DNA of 64,000 bases from the NCBI GenBank assembly GCA_040954595.2, contig CM082577.2, positions 1,054,001 to 1,118,000 on the forward strand, written 5' to 3'. Of the stretch, positions 1 to 11,500 are shown piece by piece; position 1 is the stretch's first letter, and each line of letters begins with the position of its first letter. A program made the translations under genes and the position numbers. The stretch is from Balanoglossus misakiensis (taxonomy: Eukaryota; Animalia; Hemichordata). The notes under the pieces were generated by a model. The model ran no database searches. It had not been told where the DNA came from and saw only the letters and a list, made by a program, of their open reading frames with translations.

Positions 1-97
1 TCAAATGATAACTTTTTACAATGGTGACGGTGACAGAAGGATGATTATACCAACAGAGAACCGTAGGCAAAGAATGATCCTCTGTTTTTACTCGTAC

Positions 98-893
98 CTT
101 GTTTGAGAGAGACATATTTCCCGCTTGGAGCGAGGAAGACTCCTTGAGGGTGACTGGGATGCAGGGTGAAGACTTCATCCTTCCCGACCGTCTTGCTCTT
201 GCTCTTCAAGAATGCTTTAGGACCAGTCACCGGAGCAAGGAAACGCCCCTCGCAGTCCTTGAAAGCTACTTTTCCGCTGTGCACCTCGAGAATGAACTCG
301 GTATCGGCGCTTGGCCCGTCTACAAGATTTCCAGCGCGATGCAAGTATTTGTTGTTACAAGCCTGGAACGAGTACTTCCCGTCGTTGAAATTGAATGTGA
401 TGATGGCCTCTTTACCCCACGGCATTTCCTCAATCACGATCAAGCCATCATCCAATAGTTTGGCATACCGATTCCGATAGTTACGGATGTGGATTTGAGG
501 ATGAAGTCCAACGTGGACCGTCCACAACTCGTTGTCAGTGATGGTCTTGCTGAAACAACTGATGTTATCGTCTACGCCACCGAAGTAGTAACCGTGCGCA
601 CTTTTGAAAGCCCAGCGACCATCCTTCTTCACTTCGACCGTGAATTTTTCATCCGATCCATGTTGCTCGGCTTCACAGCTGACGTTTCCTCGCTTGTCTG
701 CAGACATGTACTTGCCGAGGTGGCTGCGCAAATACGTTCCGCCTCCGTCTGGTTGCTCGATGGTCCATTTCTGTTTGGCTTTCAACGCTTTGCCCTGAGC
801 GTTGACTTTCAAACCAAAATTTTCTTGTGTTAGGTACTTTTTAGCGCTGTTGATGAAACCAAATGTGAGGGGTTTTTCAGCGTCGCTCGCCAT
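98..893 (-). CDS. FSCN: Fascin (actin-bundling beta-trefoil protein), first coding exon; gene continues left of the window
   Basis: Translation FGFINSAKKYLTQENFGLKVNA..LKAKQKWT..PWG..FKDCEGRFL..GKDEVF matches fascin repeats. Exon ends at SLKQG with donor G|GTACG at 97. Confidence 0.95.
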
Positions 894-1042
894 CGTTCAA
901 GCGATACCTATGTGCTGGACAAATCCTAAAAACTCACGTTTGTTCCTTGAGTAGAACAAAGCGTCGATTGTTGACGTCCTTAGCGCGTCTGTGATTGGTC
1001 AAAAGTTTAAGCATGAAAGTTGCGCGATGTGTTGTCGTCAAA

Positions 1043-1234
1043 TGACGTCAGATAGCAACGCTGGCAGTCTCGATTAATACTAGTATTCTTTGAATGTAGA
1101 CCTCTTTGACTGTAAATGAAATTTATATCTAGCCAGGCCTACAAATTGCGGGGTTTTTTTCGGTGCAAATTTAAATTACACAATGCTGCAGAGAGATGCG
1201 CGATTGAAATTCGGTGTCCACTCTGATGACGTCA
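1043..1234. promoter_or_regulatory. Two perfect CRE palindromes (TGACGTCA at 1043-1050 and 1227-1234) in the fascin/MPV17L divergent promoter
   Basis: Motifs read directly. ATTGG (a CCAAT box on the minus strand) lies near 994. Confidence 0.5.
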
Positions 1235-1971
1235 TAATTCGAACTTATCTTGGCAACAGGTTTGCTTTCATCTCTCAAGCACGCGTGCACGGGAGCATGC
1301 ACTAGAAAACGGATGACGCTTTGGCAATATGATTGTGATTTCAGTAAAATCAACCTCTGTAAACAAAAGTTAACACATCATAAAGTTGATAAAAATCTGT
1401 CTTTTGACCCACAACACATTTCTTGTAAATTTTTACCAGGGTCAATGGGTGACCATGTTTTAACACACCGGGGGGTGGGGGGCGGGGGCGTGGTGTAGGC
1501 CTAAACTTTACAGAGTCACATGGTTGCTACTATGTTTATGTGTACACACAGCTTTTGACAAGGTAAACACAAGCTGGGGCAGTGAGATTACTGTCATTTC
1601 AGTGAAAGAAGTATTATGAAGCAATATTCTTTTAGTATATAACAATAGTCTAAAACACTTTCATTAACAGATGATCGAACTTGTGTTATTTATAACATAA
1701 CAATAATAATGTTTTTATTCCGTTCTCGGTTTCAGCATAAATGGTTTCAGCAAACTGGGGTCAAAGGTCGGACTGTTTTTGGCTTATGTAATCATTTGAG
1801 ACAAAGGAGAGGTCAGCTGTTCCGACAAACCTCATACCATCATGGACGCACAAGTAAACATGGCCAGAGATGAACAGCTAGCATACATGGGTAGACAGCT
1901 TTTGGCTACTTGATGGCGAGCTTGAGCACATCGATCCCTCGGTAAATTTTCGTGTGGGGACTGAAGATTTA

Positions 1972-3658
1972 ATGATGGCTGCGTTAACGATGAGCGTGTT
2001 TGTGCGCAAAATCTCGAAAAGCCATTTGCTGCGGAACGCTGTGTTTGTGGGATTGACATACGCGACATCGGAGTTCACGCAACAAACAACACTCGGTGAG
2101 GACTACAATGTCAAGAAAATGGCGCATTTGGCAATCTGGGGATTTTGCATCAACGCACCCGGCAATTTTATGTGGTACAAGTTTCTTGATCGCCTTGTTC
2201 CCGGGAAAACAATTTCGGTGGCGCTGAGGAAAGTGGTTCTGGAAAAGCTGACTATGTCGCCTTTGTGGTACGCTGGATTTTTCATTGGTACGTATTGGTG
2301 TCATTGTATGCAAATTTAATCATCGCGATCGCACAGTGCGTCCGTTTTATATCGTCAGAATTATGAAAGCTTCCCTTCTACAGGCGCGCTTGCGTTTGAA
2401 AGTCTCGCTAACAAGCGCCAATTTAAGACAATGGCTTCACATGGCTTCCTTTAATTAATATTTTAAGGTCGTTGTGGTGGCTGACGGTGGATATCAGCCA
2501 TGAATTATTTGGGTGTATCGCTTGTGTATCGGGGGCTGGGTTGGCCTTGAAATGGGTCAAGTTTCAAGGCCAAGCAAGGTCACTGAGCGAGTGGCATACA
2601 AAGCTGCGGGGGGGGGGGGTGATCAGACTAGATATACATGTACATGTAGTGCAGGTAGCACGTTATCAAAACACGTTGCCCACACGTGAGCCTGTGTAAA
2701 AGACTTTGCTTTTTTGTGTGTGTAATTAATGCGATGTGGACCCAGATAAAGCCCCAATCAAGCAAGTAGCCTTGTAAATAAAATAACCATGTTTTGAATT
2801 TCTTGATTGCAGTACTGTCTGCATTGGAAAGAAAGCCAGACATTTTTGCTGAAGCTAAGAAGAAAATAGTACCAACTTATATCGCTGGCTGTGCATTCTG
2901 GATACCAGCACAGGTGGGTGTCTTTCTAACTTCCATTTTGGTATTTTAAATTTGTCTAATATTAATGGTAATCTTTTCTGAATTTGAATGCCAGTTTATT
3001 TTGACATGTAGTTGCAAGTAAGTCTACCTTTGAACAGTATTTAAAATTGTGCAGTTTCATTGATTTTGAATATTCTCCCTAACAGCCTTGAATGTTGCCT
3101 AGCAACAATCATCCACAAATCTCTTTATTTGTTCTCTTTATACAGACCATCAACTTTCTGTACGTACCACATGTGTATAGAGTTGCTTATGTAGGAATCG
3201 CAGCCTTCATGTGGGCCAACTTTCTGTGCTTTATGAAGCGACAGGTATGTAACGTTGAGGAATCTTTTCCAAGTGATGTATTATCAGTAAGGATGTAGGT
3301 ATATTTTGCACATCATATTCACAACATGATTTGCTTTGTATCAGAATTGTCTGTTTTGCTAGATTAAGGTTTCTACTTTTCATCTAAAGAACGAGAATTC
3401 CTGCATCGTTGAGAGTCACTCAAAAAATCTTTTGCAGGTAATTTTTTCAGGAAATAATTGAACACATACCAACGGTTTGAAGGAAGTAAGCTTATAAAGT
3501 GAATGTGGTTATTTTTAAATCCACAGGATGAAATCCCCCTAGCTGCCAATGCCGGAAATGAAGGGGACTGTCTGAGGATCGACTCAAAAATGGTCTCCTT
3601 ATACGGGTGTCAACTAGATCTGCAATATTCGAAGGAAACATCATTTTCTGAGGGATAG
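1972..3658 (+). CDS. Mpv17/PMP22 family protein (MPV17-like); exons 1972-2287, 2813-2913, 3146-3244, 3527-3658
   Basis: Spliced protein has SEFTQQ, NFMWYKFLDRLVPG, KVVLEKL, PTYIAGCAFWIPAQ|TINFLYVPHVYRVAYVG..WANFLCFMK. All introns are GT-AG and phase-compatible. The last exon is less certain. Confidence 0.88.
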
Positions 3659-3707
3659 TTGTGTGTGTGAATTTTGATACAGTACAGCTAGAGCCTAGGA
3701 CACACGG

Positions 3708-3886
3708 TATAATTGAATTTTACATTGAAAACGTTGCAGATATAGGGTCACAAAATGTAAAATTATCTTTCTTTTGAGGGCAGGAATTTAGAGAACGAGT
3801 ATAATTGAATATTTTATTGAAAAAATTCACTAAGATGCAGACATTTGGTCTCAAAGTCTGAAACGATTTATCTCTTGAGGGTAGGA
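3708..3886. repeat. Degenerate ~90-bp tandem duplication downstream of the MPV17L-like stop
   Basis: GTATAATTGAAT...TGCAGA...TTGAGGG(C/T)AGGA occurs twice (3708-3785 and 3799-3886). Confidence 0.6.
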
Positions 3887-4553
3887 TGAGGCCGGGAACC
3901 TGGAGAGCGCCCTCGACGGACGGATAAACCTTTCTACATCGGCACGTTTATGATATATGTCTTATTGTTTTATCGTCTAATAAGAAGACATTATAGTTTT
4001 TATTCATGAGGAAAACTTTGAAAAAAGTCCCTTTTAGCACACAGGATTCTTAAGATCCTTTGGGGGGAGGGGGTAAAACTTAGAAACAATGAAATATTAA
4101 TATCAGTAATTGTTGAGCATTATTCAGTGTAACTGAGGCCAGATTCTGTTATTTTATGAAGTGGAAATCTTTCGAAACTTATTGATTTTTCTGCATGGAA
4201 ATTGTTGTATGATGTAATCCAGTTCTTTTCTCCTTTTGAAGCAAAAATAAGTGCCAATAAAACATTCTAAAGAAGTCATCCCAGAAGGTGTTTTAAATGA
4301 AGTTGGTCCATGTAGCATTGATGCACAAGGACAGAACCTAATCCACAAGTCTACTTAGACTACAGCAGCTGGGGAGTAAGAACGCTGTGGCAAGTAAAAC
4401 ACCGTGACAAAGTTGTCTTGGAAAAATCTGATTTTATTTTAAAATATGCATAAAAGAGAATCATAGAATTTGATAAACATAGTTCCCATTCTAATGAAAA
4501 AAATTCTTGATAATTCAGTACTTCATGGCAATGGACATTAAATGGAACTGTTT

Positions 4554-7500
4554 TTATTCAACTTTTGGCCCCAGGAAAGTTGATATAAAAACACTGGTGT
4601 CGATGTTCAGAGTTCCATGCCACCAACGATCGGGGAAATAAATAAGCTGTAGGAAAGATCAGAAGAAAAGTGGTTACTGGTGTCAATGCAGCCATATTGG
4701 ATTGTATCATTACACAAACTTTTTCAACCAATCATAAACTAAAAAGAAAGGCATAATATTGAATTGTTTGTACAAACCTTTATTCTAATTTTCTGTACAC
4801 GCAAAGGTCTGGACAACGTTAGGGCGCCCTCTACGGTATACTGCCGCTTGCCCCGATCACATTCTCCATAGGATTGCATTGACGGCGATTTTTCTTTTAT
4901 TCGTAACATGATTTATTCGCGAGCCACAGTCACCAAAAACCTTATGACTTTTTGCCATTTCAAGACAGAACCTGCGTACCCAACCTGATCGAAATCTAAT
5001 CAGCCGTTCTTGAGATAATGCCGACAGACAGACACACACACAACGTGCAATAACATTACCTCACACGATGTGATCATGTGAAGTAAACAGTAGAAAAGAT
5101 TAAAGTGATTGATGTTTTTTTATCAATTTATTCAATCTTACCTCTCCTTGATTAATCGTACATTCTATTGGTCGATCTGCTTCATGTAGGTTGGGATAGT
5201 CTTCCATGAGCCATTGTAATGTGGTTCTGTTGGGATGAAATGATGGCATCTTGTGTGGTGGATACAAAAACCACCTCTGTAGATATAATAAAATGACAAA
5301 ATAATCTGAATCTGCTGAATTTCCTTACAACACTCACAACTGTTTTGCTATAGTTTTTCAAAGGGTATCACCATTCAGTGAGAAGACTTCAAAGAATATC
5401 TGAGGAAAATGGAAGAAGATATTTTGAGATGAATGTTCTACATTGATGAAAACACTAACTTTTCTGCCATAAACAACTTCACCAAATCCTGGTCCATGCC
5501 AGTGGAATGGTACACCTGTGCCTGGTCCTTGAGATAAATACAGAGAAAAGATTTTATCAGAGATTCAAATGAAATAATTACACCCACTCACCATCAAAAT
5601 GTGGTGTAACCCCATTGTTATTAACGGTGTCATTATCTACATGTAAATCATAAACACTATAGCACTATCTCTAAAAAGAAACTTTCAGGTGGTGCTTGAA
5701 AGATAAAATGGAGTAATCCAGCACAATAGTGAGTAAAACTAAGACTGACAGTCCTAGGAGGAAGGTAAACCTCCCTTACCACACCTCCTTTGCAAGAAGA
5801 GACGTCTTTGACATACCTGCCAGGCCAAAACTGACAACTCCTTCAGTTTCAGGCAAAATGTATGGTGGTTGTATGTACTTGCTGAAGAGTGGATCCCACT
5901 CTGTGTGATTGTTATCACCAAACATGTACTGGGTTTCTGTAAGAAATAAAATTGTCTGACTGCTGTATTCATCAAACCACTAGTGGGTTAATACGCAAGT
6001 GAAATTCATGTAGAGGTTTATACACTCAAGTTGGACATTTCCAGGACAGACTTTGATGTTTCTGTGACTTTCCAGAAGTGGTTCAAAATTCCAATAATTC
6101 AAGCCTTGGTTTGACTATTACATTATGCTCTATTCCATGTTCTGCTTTGTACAAAACACACAGACCTGTAAATAAGGCAATATTCAACAAAAACAAAAGA
6201 TGTCCAGTCTTACCATTCCCCAACGAATTCACGTTTTGTGGCTTCAAAATGTCATTGACGTATTCAGCAAATGTTACAATAACTGCAATAGAAAAAACAT
6301 TGTATTTTCGCTATGGTTATTACGTCATGCTTGGCCTCTGTCCTCCTGGTTGTCATGTACTGTGAATTGTTTCAGTGGTACAATTGCAATAAAAATTATT
6401 ACAGTTTAGACATAAAAATAACTGCTGAAAGAAACAAACCTTTTTCATAGGAGTATGTATTTGCAGTGCTCAGCTTCACACTCTTCCCACCAAATGTTTT
6501 AAGAAGAGCATCTTTTGCACACAGTTTTCTAAAAAGCTGTCATGCAGAACGTACAAAGAAGTAATATCATTTGATTAGATATATATAACATTTTAGAGCA
6601 CATTTCGCTCCATCAAAGTTAACCATTTTTTAAGGTTTCGAGATGGTGCCCTCCTGGACATTTCCCACAAATCCTGTAACCCCCCTTGTTTCCATGACAA
6701 CATGATTATTGGATGATAAATTGTAAATGAACAATTAGCAAAGGTAAGTTGCTGAACTAATGGAAAGAATGAGGTAAAAAATAATGAAACAAAATCCGAG
6801 TTATTTACCGAGTTATCCGTAACATCTTTTAACACTACTGGATAACTATAGGCATATCTGTAATAAACAAAAGAAAAGTAATTCATTACTTCATTACCAC
6901 TGATGGGATCGCATTGGCAGTTTTGACAGAAAGTGAAAAACAACCTTAAAACATCTATTGTATTAGGTTGTTAATTGGTCAATTAATCCCTGAATGGAAA
7001 ACTTTTTCTTCAAGGTATAAAACAATAACTTACTTTTTCATAAATTCCTCATAAGTGAGTGATGAGTCTCGGACTTCAATGTCACATGGACCAGGTGATG
7101 CAACCAAATCTTCCTCATTGTCGTGCCTAAAAATCAGACAGAGTAATAGTGTTTCTTACTTAAATATTTCAACTGTCTAACTATTGACAATTGATTTACT
7201 GGGGCACTATTTTGGAAAAATATTTTTGCAACATAAATGCTTACGTTTTCAAATACAAGCTTCACCATTTCGTGCCAGAAAAGTGAACAGAAATGAAAAA
7301 CTCGGTAATTCCAAGTATTTTGGAAGAGCCCAGTGACCCTAGTCAAGCATGTGTGTGTGTGTGTCTATATCTATACCAACTGCAAAGACAGCTGGCCAGC
7401 TCAGTTTATAAAAGGGGGTGTGTCACTGCAAGAAGTATTTTTGCTGAGAATCCCTCACATTTTACAAACTTTGGCTACATTTTAAAGTTGTGTTATTCAT

Positions 7501-7798
7501 TTGAAGTTAAATCCCAAAACGTACGGCCACCAAAAATATAATACCCACTGAGATTACCATATGGCAGTGGAAGTACAACGTACAATAGCAGACGCTATGT
7601 GTGTCACATATGGTGAAACCAGAAAAAACCTGTGTATACGTCATTGACGTTGAATTATTCATGTAAATATAAACACATCGTATCTTACCACCCTCCGTCA
7701 TCGATCTCCTTTGACAATGTTCTCAGTATCGGGTTATACAAGACGGGGACAGCGAATAAAATGAACAACACGTTGTGAAACAGCTTTTTGGCTGCCAT
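4554..7798 (-). CDS. JMJD8: JmjC domain-containing protein 8; 9 exons (7689-7798, 7034-7126, 6809-6857, 6440-6536, 6214-6282, 5817-5936, 5460-5527, 5142-5276, 4554-4646)
   Basis: Hand-spliced translation: hydrophobic N-terminus, LSTANTYSY, MFGDNNHTEW, GTGVPFHWHGPGFGEVVYGRK|RWFLYPP..FHPNRTTLQWL..ECTINQGE|LIYFPDRWWHGTLNIDTSVFISTFLG. All phases are consistent. Largely missed by the ORF track. Confidence 0.95.
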
Positions 7799-8268
7799 TT
7801 TGAAAGGTATAAACATTTTACCCTTTTACGGTAATAGTGTCTGCACTGAAATTTCAAATATGCTGGTATTTTAGTCATTTCAGACACTTGATCTGTGGAT
7901 GATTTTATAGGCTGATAAATATCCATACTTATTTGGCGTCGCAACCGTCTTCCTAATGTGAATAAAGTGTATGAATCTGATATCATAAAATGCCGCAAAA
8001 GGGTAACCAATAGCAAAATCCACGTGCAATAGCGATGCAATCCATCCCCGGCTGCTGTTGTATGTAATTGTAATGTGACCGGCCCGATTCGCTTTAAAAC
8101 CAACCTTCGGAGCACATCGCTAGGGCATAGCATTTTCCTGTCTTGCCATTTTATCTCGAGTGAGACGTAAGAAGACTCTACTGTCCCGGTTTGTTGTACC
8201 CGGTCCAGGGGCCCGCCTGGCGACCGCTGTTTTCATCATCATCTTGACGATCTCAGAAGTGAATCGCA
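7799..8268. promoter_or_regulatory. Probable bidirectional promoter JMJD8/POLR3H (470 bp between ATGs)
   Basis: Head-to-head ATGs at 7798 and 8269, locally CpG-richer, CCAAT at about 8008. Confidence 0.6.
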
Positions 8269-11200
8269 ATGTTTGTACTGGCGGAGATGACAGACACGGT
8301 GCGTATAGCACCCTGGTTGTTTAACACAAAGCTGAACGACGCCGTCGCTGAAGTTCTGAACAAAAAGCTTGCCAACAAGGTGAGAACGATTTCGCTTGCT
8401 ACCTGGGTAGTTTACGGTTGTCAAGGTGAATTTTCGAAAACAATGAAAATGCAAATTGCTGATTTTAATTTGAATGATAAAGACCACAGGACCATCACGA
8501 AAGATGCTTTCTTTTCGCGCTATTGAGGATTGGCGTGAGTGATAGGCAAATATTCATAGCCATTTATTTCAAAATGTCTCAGATCCTATCATCAGAACTA
8601 CCCAGATAAAAATCAGATCTATTAATTGCAGCTGTAGATTCTGTGGCTAATGATGATGATGATGATGATGTATCATAAAGTACTTTCAATTTCTTCTTGG
8701 TTTTCTCTCCTAAAGTCTCTCCCTAATCCTCTATATACCCAGGTTGTACACAATGTTGGTCTGTGCATAGCATTGCATGACATCACCAAACTTGAAGATT
8801 CCTACTTGTTTCCTGGTGATGGAGCATCACACACCAAGGTACACTTCAGATATGTAGTCTTCAGACCATTCATGGATGAAATCTTGATTGGAAAAATTAG
8901 AAGTTGCAGCAGGGATGGAGTCCATGGTAAGTTAAGGAAGTTCATGTGATGTAAATATCCTGAAATAAAACATTCATGTTATAATAAATTTCAATGACAA
9001 CACATACACAAATCACCATGACCAAACATGCTTTGGTGTACACATTGTCAACTTCTTTTTCTTAGAATGTTTTCTTTCTCTTTCAGTTTCTTTAGCTTTC
9101 TTTGATGACATCTTAATTCCTCAAGACGCTTTGCAGCAACCTTCAAAATTGTATCCTTTCCATACTTTTCTGTAAGAACATAATCTGTGACAGATTGTGT
9201 TCTGATATGAGAGGTTTGATGTCATTTAACAGTGCCCTTGAACAATGGATTGTCTAGTCTAGCTGTACCTGTGACATCAGTAATGGTAAACTTTTAATTA
9301 AATTAATTCTTCAACAACAACAAAATAATGCATGGGCTGTTATCCACAAAAAATTAAAGAATGCAACCTTTTTTTCACACAATGTGAAACCAAATTACTG
9401 GGGTGCAACAAACTGCGCCCTCTAGAGTTCAATAGACATCATCTAGAATAGATATGGTTTTCTGCCTTTAATAGTAATGTCATTACCATGACTACAGTGA
9501 GAATCATGGGAATTTTCGCTGTAAGGCTGTGAATTTGTCTGATCTGGGTGGTGTCCTAGATACGTTGGATATGTAGAGTGTTGTCCTAGATGTGTTAGTT
9601 ATAGTTTCTCAAGATATCAGATTGATTCATCAGTGCAAAAGGATGACCTTAGATTCTGTGGCTTGGCATCATCAATTAGCCTTAATGCCGTTCTGCAGTT
9701 CTTCACAAATGCACATTTACAGGCTTCTCATAAATGCTCTGCCATGGATACGAGATTTCACATCAGTCTCCATGACAGTAATTAAAGATTAAATTGCCTT
9801 TTCCCCTTGGGCACTGAGTAGGTACTTGTTAGCTTTTGCTCGTCTTAGTTATATGCTTGGTTTTCAAAGAAATATAGACCGAGCTAATGTCGATCACAAA
9901 ATTACAGATTTCTTGGTCATTAATTAACTCTTAATATGGATAAAATAAAGTGCCACTTTATCTACCTGTCCTCAGTTTAATATCCTGCAATACAGACAGG
10001 TTCTGGATTTAAAGGGATTCAGGATTCAAGAACTGTGAAAAATGTCGACTTATAGTCCTATAATCTTTCTCACCCAGTAACCTTGACATAAATGTTATGC
10101 CTCTCTTTCTAATTTGTGTGATGCTCATTCGTTTTTATGACCATTGCAAGCAGAGATGCCCAGAAGGTTAAATCTGTTTTTTTCTCTCACCATTTACATG
10201 CAACCAGCAGTCTGTGCATAATTACACAGTAACCATGGATACCAGTATCAGAGACACTAAAAATGGACATTTCAGGTGTAACCTTTTGTTACAATGTTCA
10301 TCAGAGCAAACAAGGTTTTTTATTATTCCTAATAATTTTTCTGATATTTGCTGTAAATCAAATCTGATGCCATCACCAGATCTTATTCCATTTGAGAAAA
10401 CTCCTTAACCCAGGATTGACAGTGATGAAACAGAACAAGTATGGGTGTGGGAGTACGAGACAGAAGAAGGCACGCATGATTTATTCATGGATGATAATGA
10501 AGAAATCCGATTTCGAGTCGTCGATGAGACATTTGTAGATACCACTCCAGTGGGGCCAAAGAATATGGGTGAAGGGTCAGAGGTCACCGATCAAGATGCA
10601 AAAAGGTCACCTTTCTCTCTCTTGGTAAGTGTGCAATATTTGGAAGTTGAGGGCGCTGTTGTTATTGCCTTTCATAATAGTCACGAAATGAACATGGTTT
10701 AATTTGCATTGGCCTGAAGTCAATAACTGAGTGTGGTCCTCTGTAAGCCATTTTTACTTTAATATTACAAGCATTCCACACTCGATTTCAACAGTGTATT
10801 ATGACCTCACAACCAGATGATTAGCAATCAATCACCCTCACTGTAATAAGATAAAAAATTTGCATATATGCAGCACATTTTGTATGTCATTATCTCCCGT
10901 GTGTAATGCTACACATATGAAATGAAAGATGTAGTATTTACCTGTAAATTGCTAATGGATTTTTCGAAAGCTTTTTTCAATCAATATGATGCCATAGCAT
11001 TGTGAGGACAGTATTTATCTATCTGATTTAATTACGACTTCAAAATTTAACTGAAATATATAGATTTTTGGCCAGACTTATAACAAACATGTACATGTAT
11101 AGATCAATAACAACAATCAGGCAATAATGCCAGGAGAATGTCACATGACCATGCAGGTGACTGCAGAATGTAAGCAATGGTTAAACTAGAGTGCAGAAAA

Positions 11201-11500
11201 GCTACACCATTAAACAAACCTTTAGCACGCTTAATTGTTTTGCATTATAAACAAGAATCAATTAACACATCTATAATTACTAGTACATTGTATTGATTTG
11301 TACACTAAAATAATTCAAATAAATTCAAGTACTGGAACAATTCTATTACCAGTATGTTTAAATGAGATGCAAATTAATGATGCAAATTTGAGGATTTTTC
11401 CATTGTTTAAATTTACCACTTGTTATTGTTGTTTTTTCTTTCTTCCCAGGGATCAATCAGTGAGCCAGGTTTGGGACTCCTGTCGTGGTGGAACAGCTGA
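8269..11500 (+). CDS. POLR3H: RNA polymerase III subunit RPC8; exons 8269-8379, 8743-8926, 9087-9150, 10423-10624, 11450-11500
   Basis: [21 protein letters not shown]|[35 protein letters not shown]..|[12 protein letters not shown]..|[13 protein letters not shown]..|[16 protein letters not shown]. Confidence 0.97.
9151..10422 (+). other. U12-type (minor spliceosome) GT-AG intron in POLR3H
   Basis: 5' site GTATCCTTT at 9151. Branch point TCCTTAAC at 10402-10409, just upstream of the AG at 10421-10422. No polypyrimidine tract. Confidence 0.93.

Noticed and set aside
8650-8670. Poly-Met start of the 99-aa ORF
   Set aside because: This is an (ATG)7 microsatellite in POLR3H intron 1. The real exon starts at 8743.
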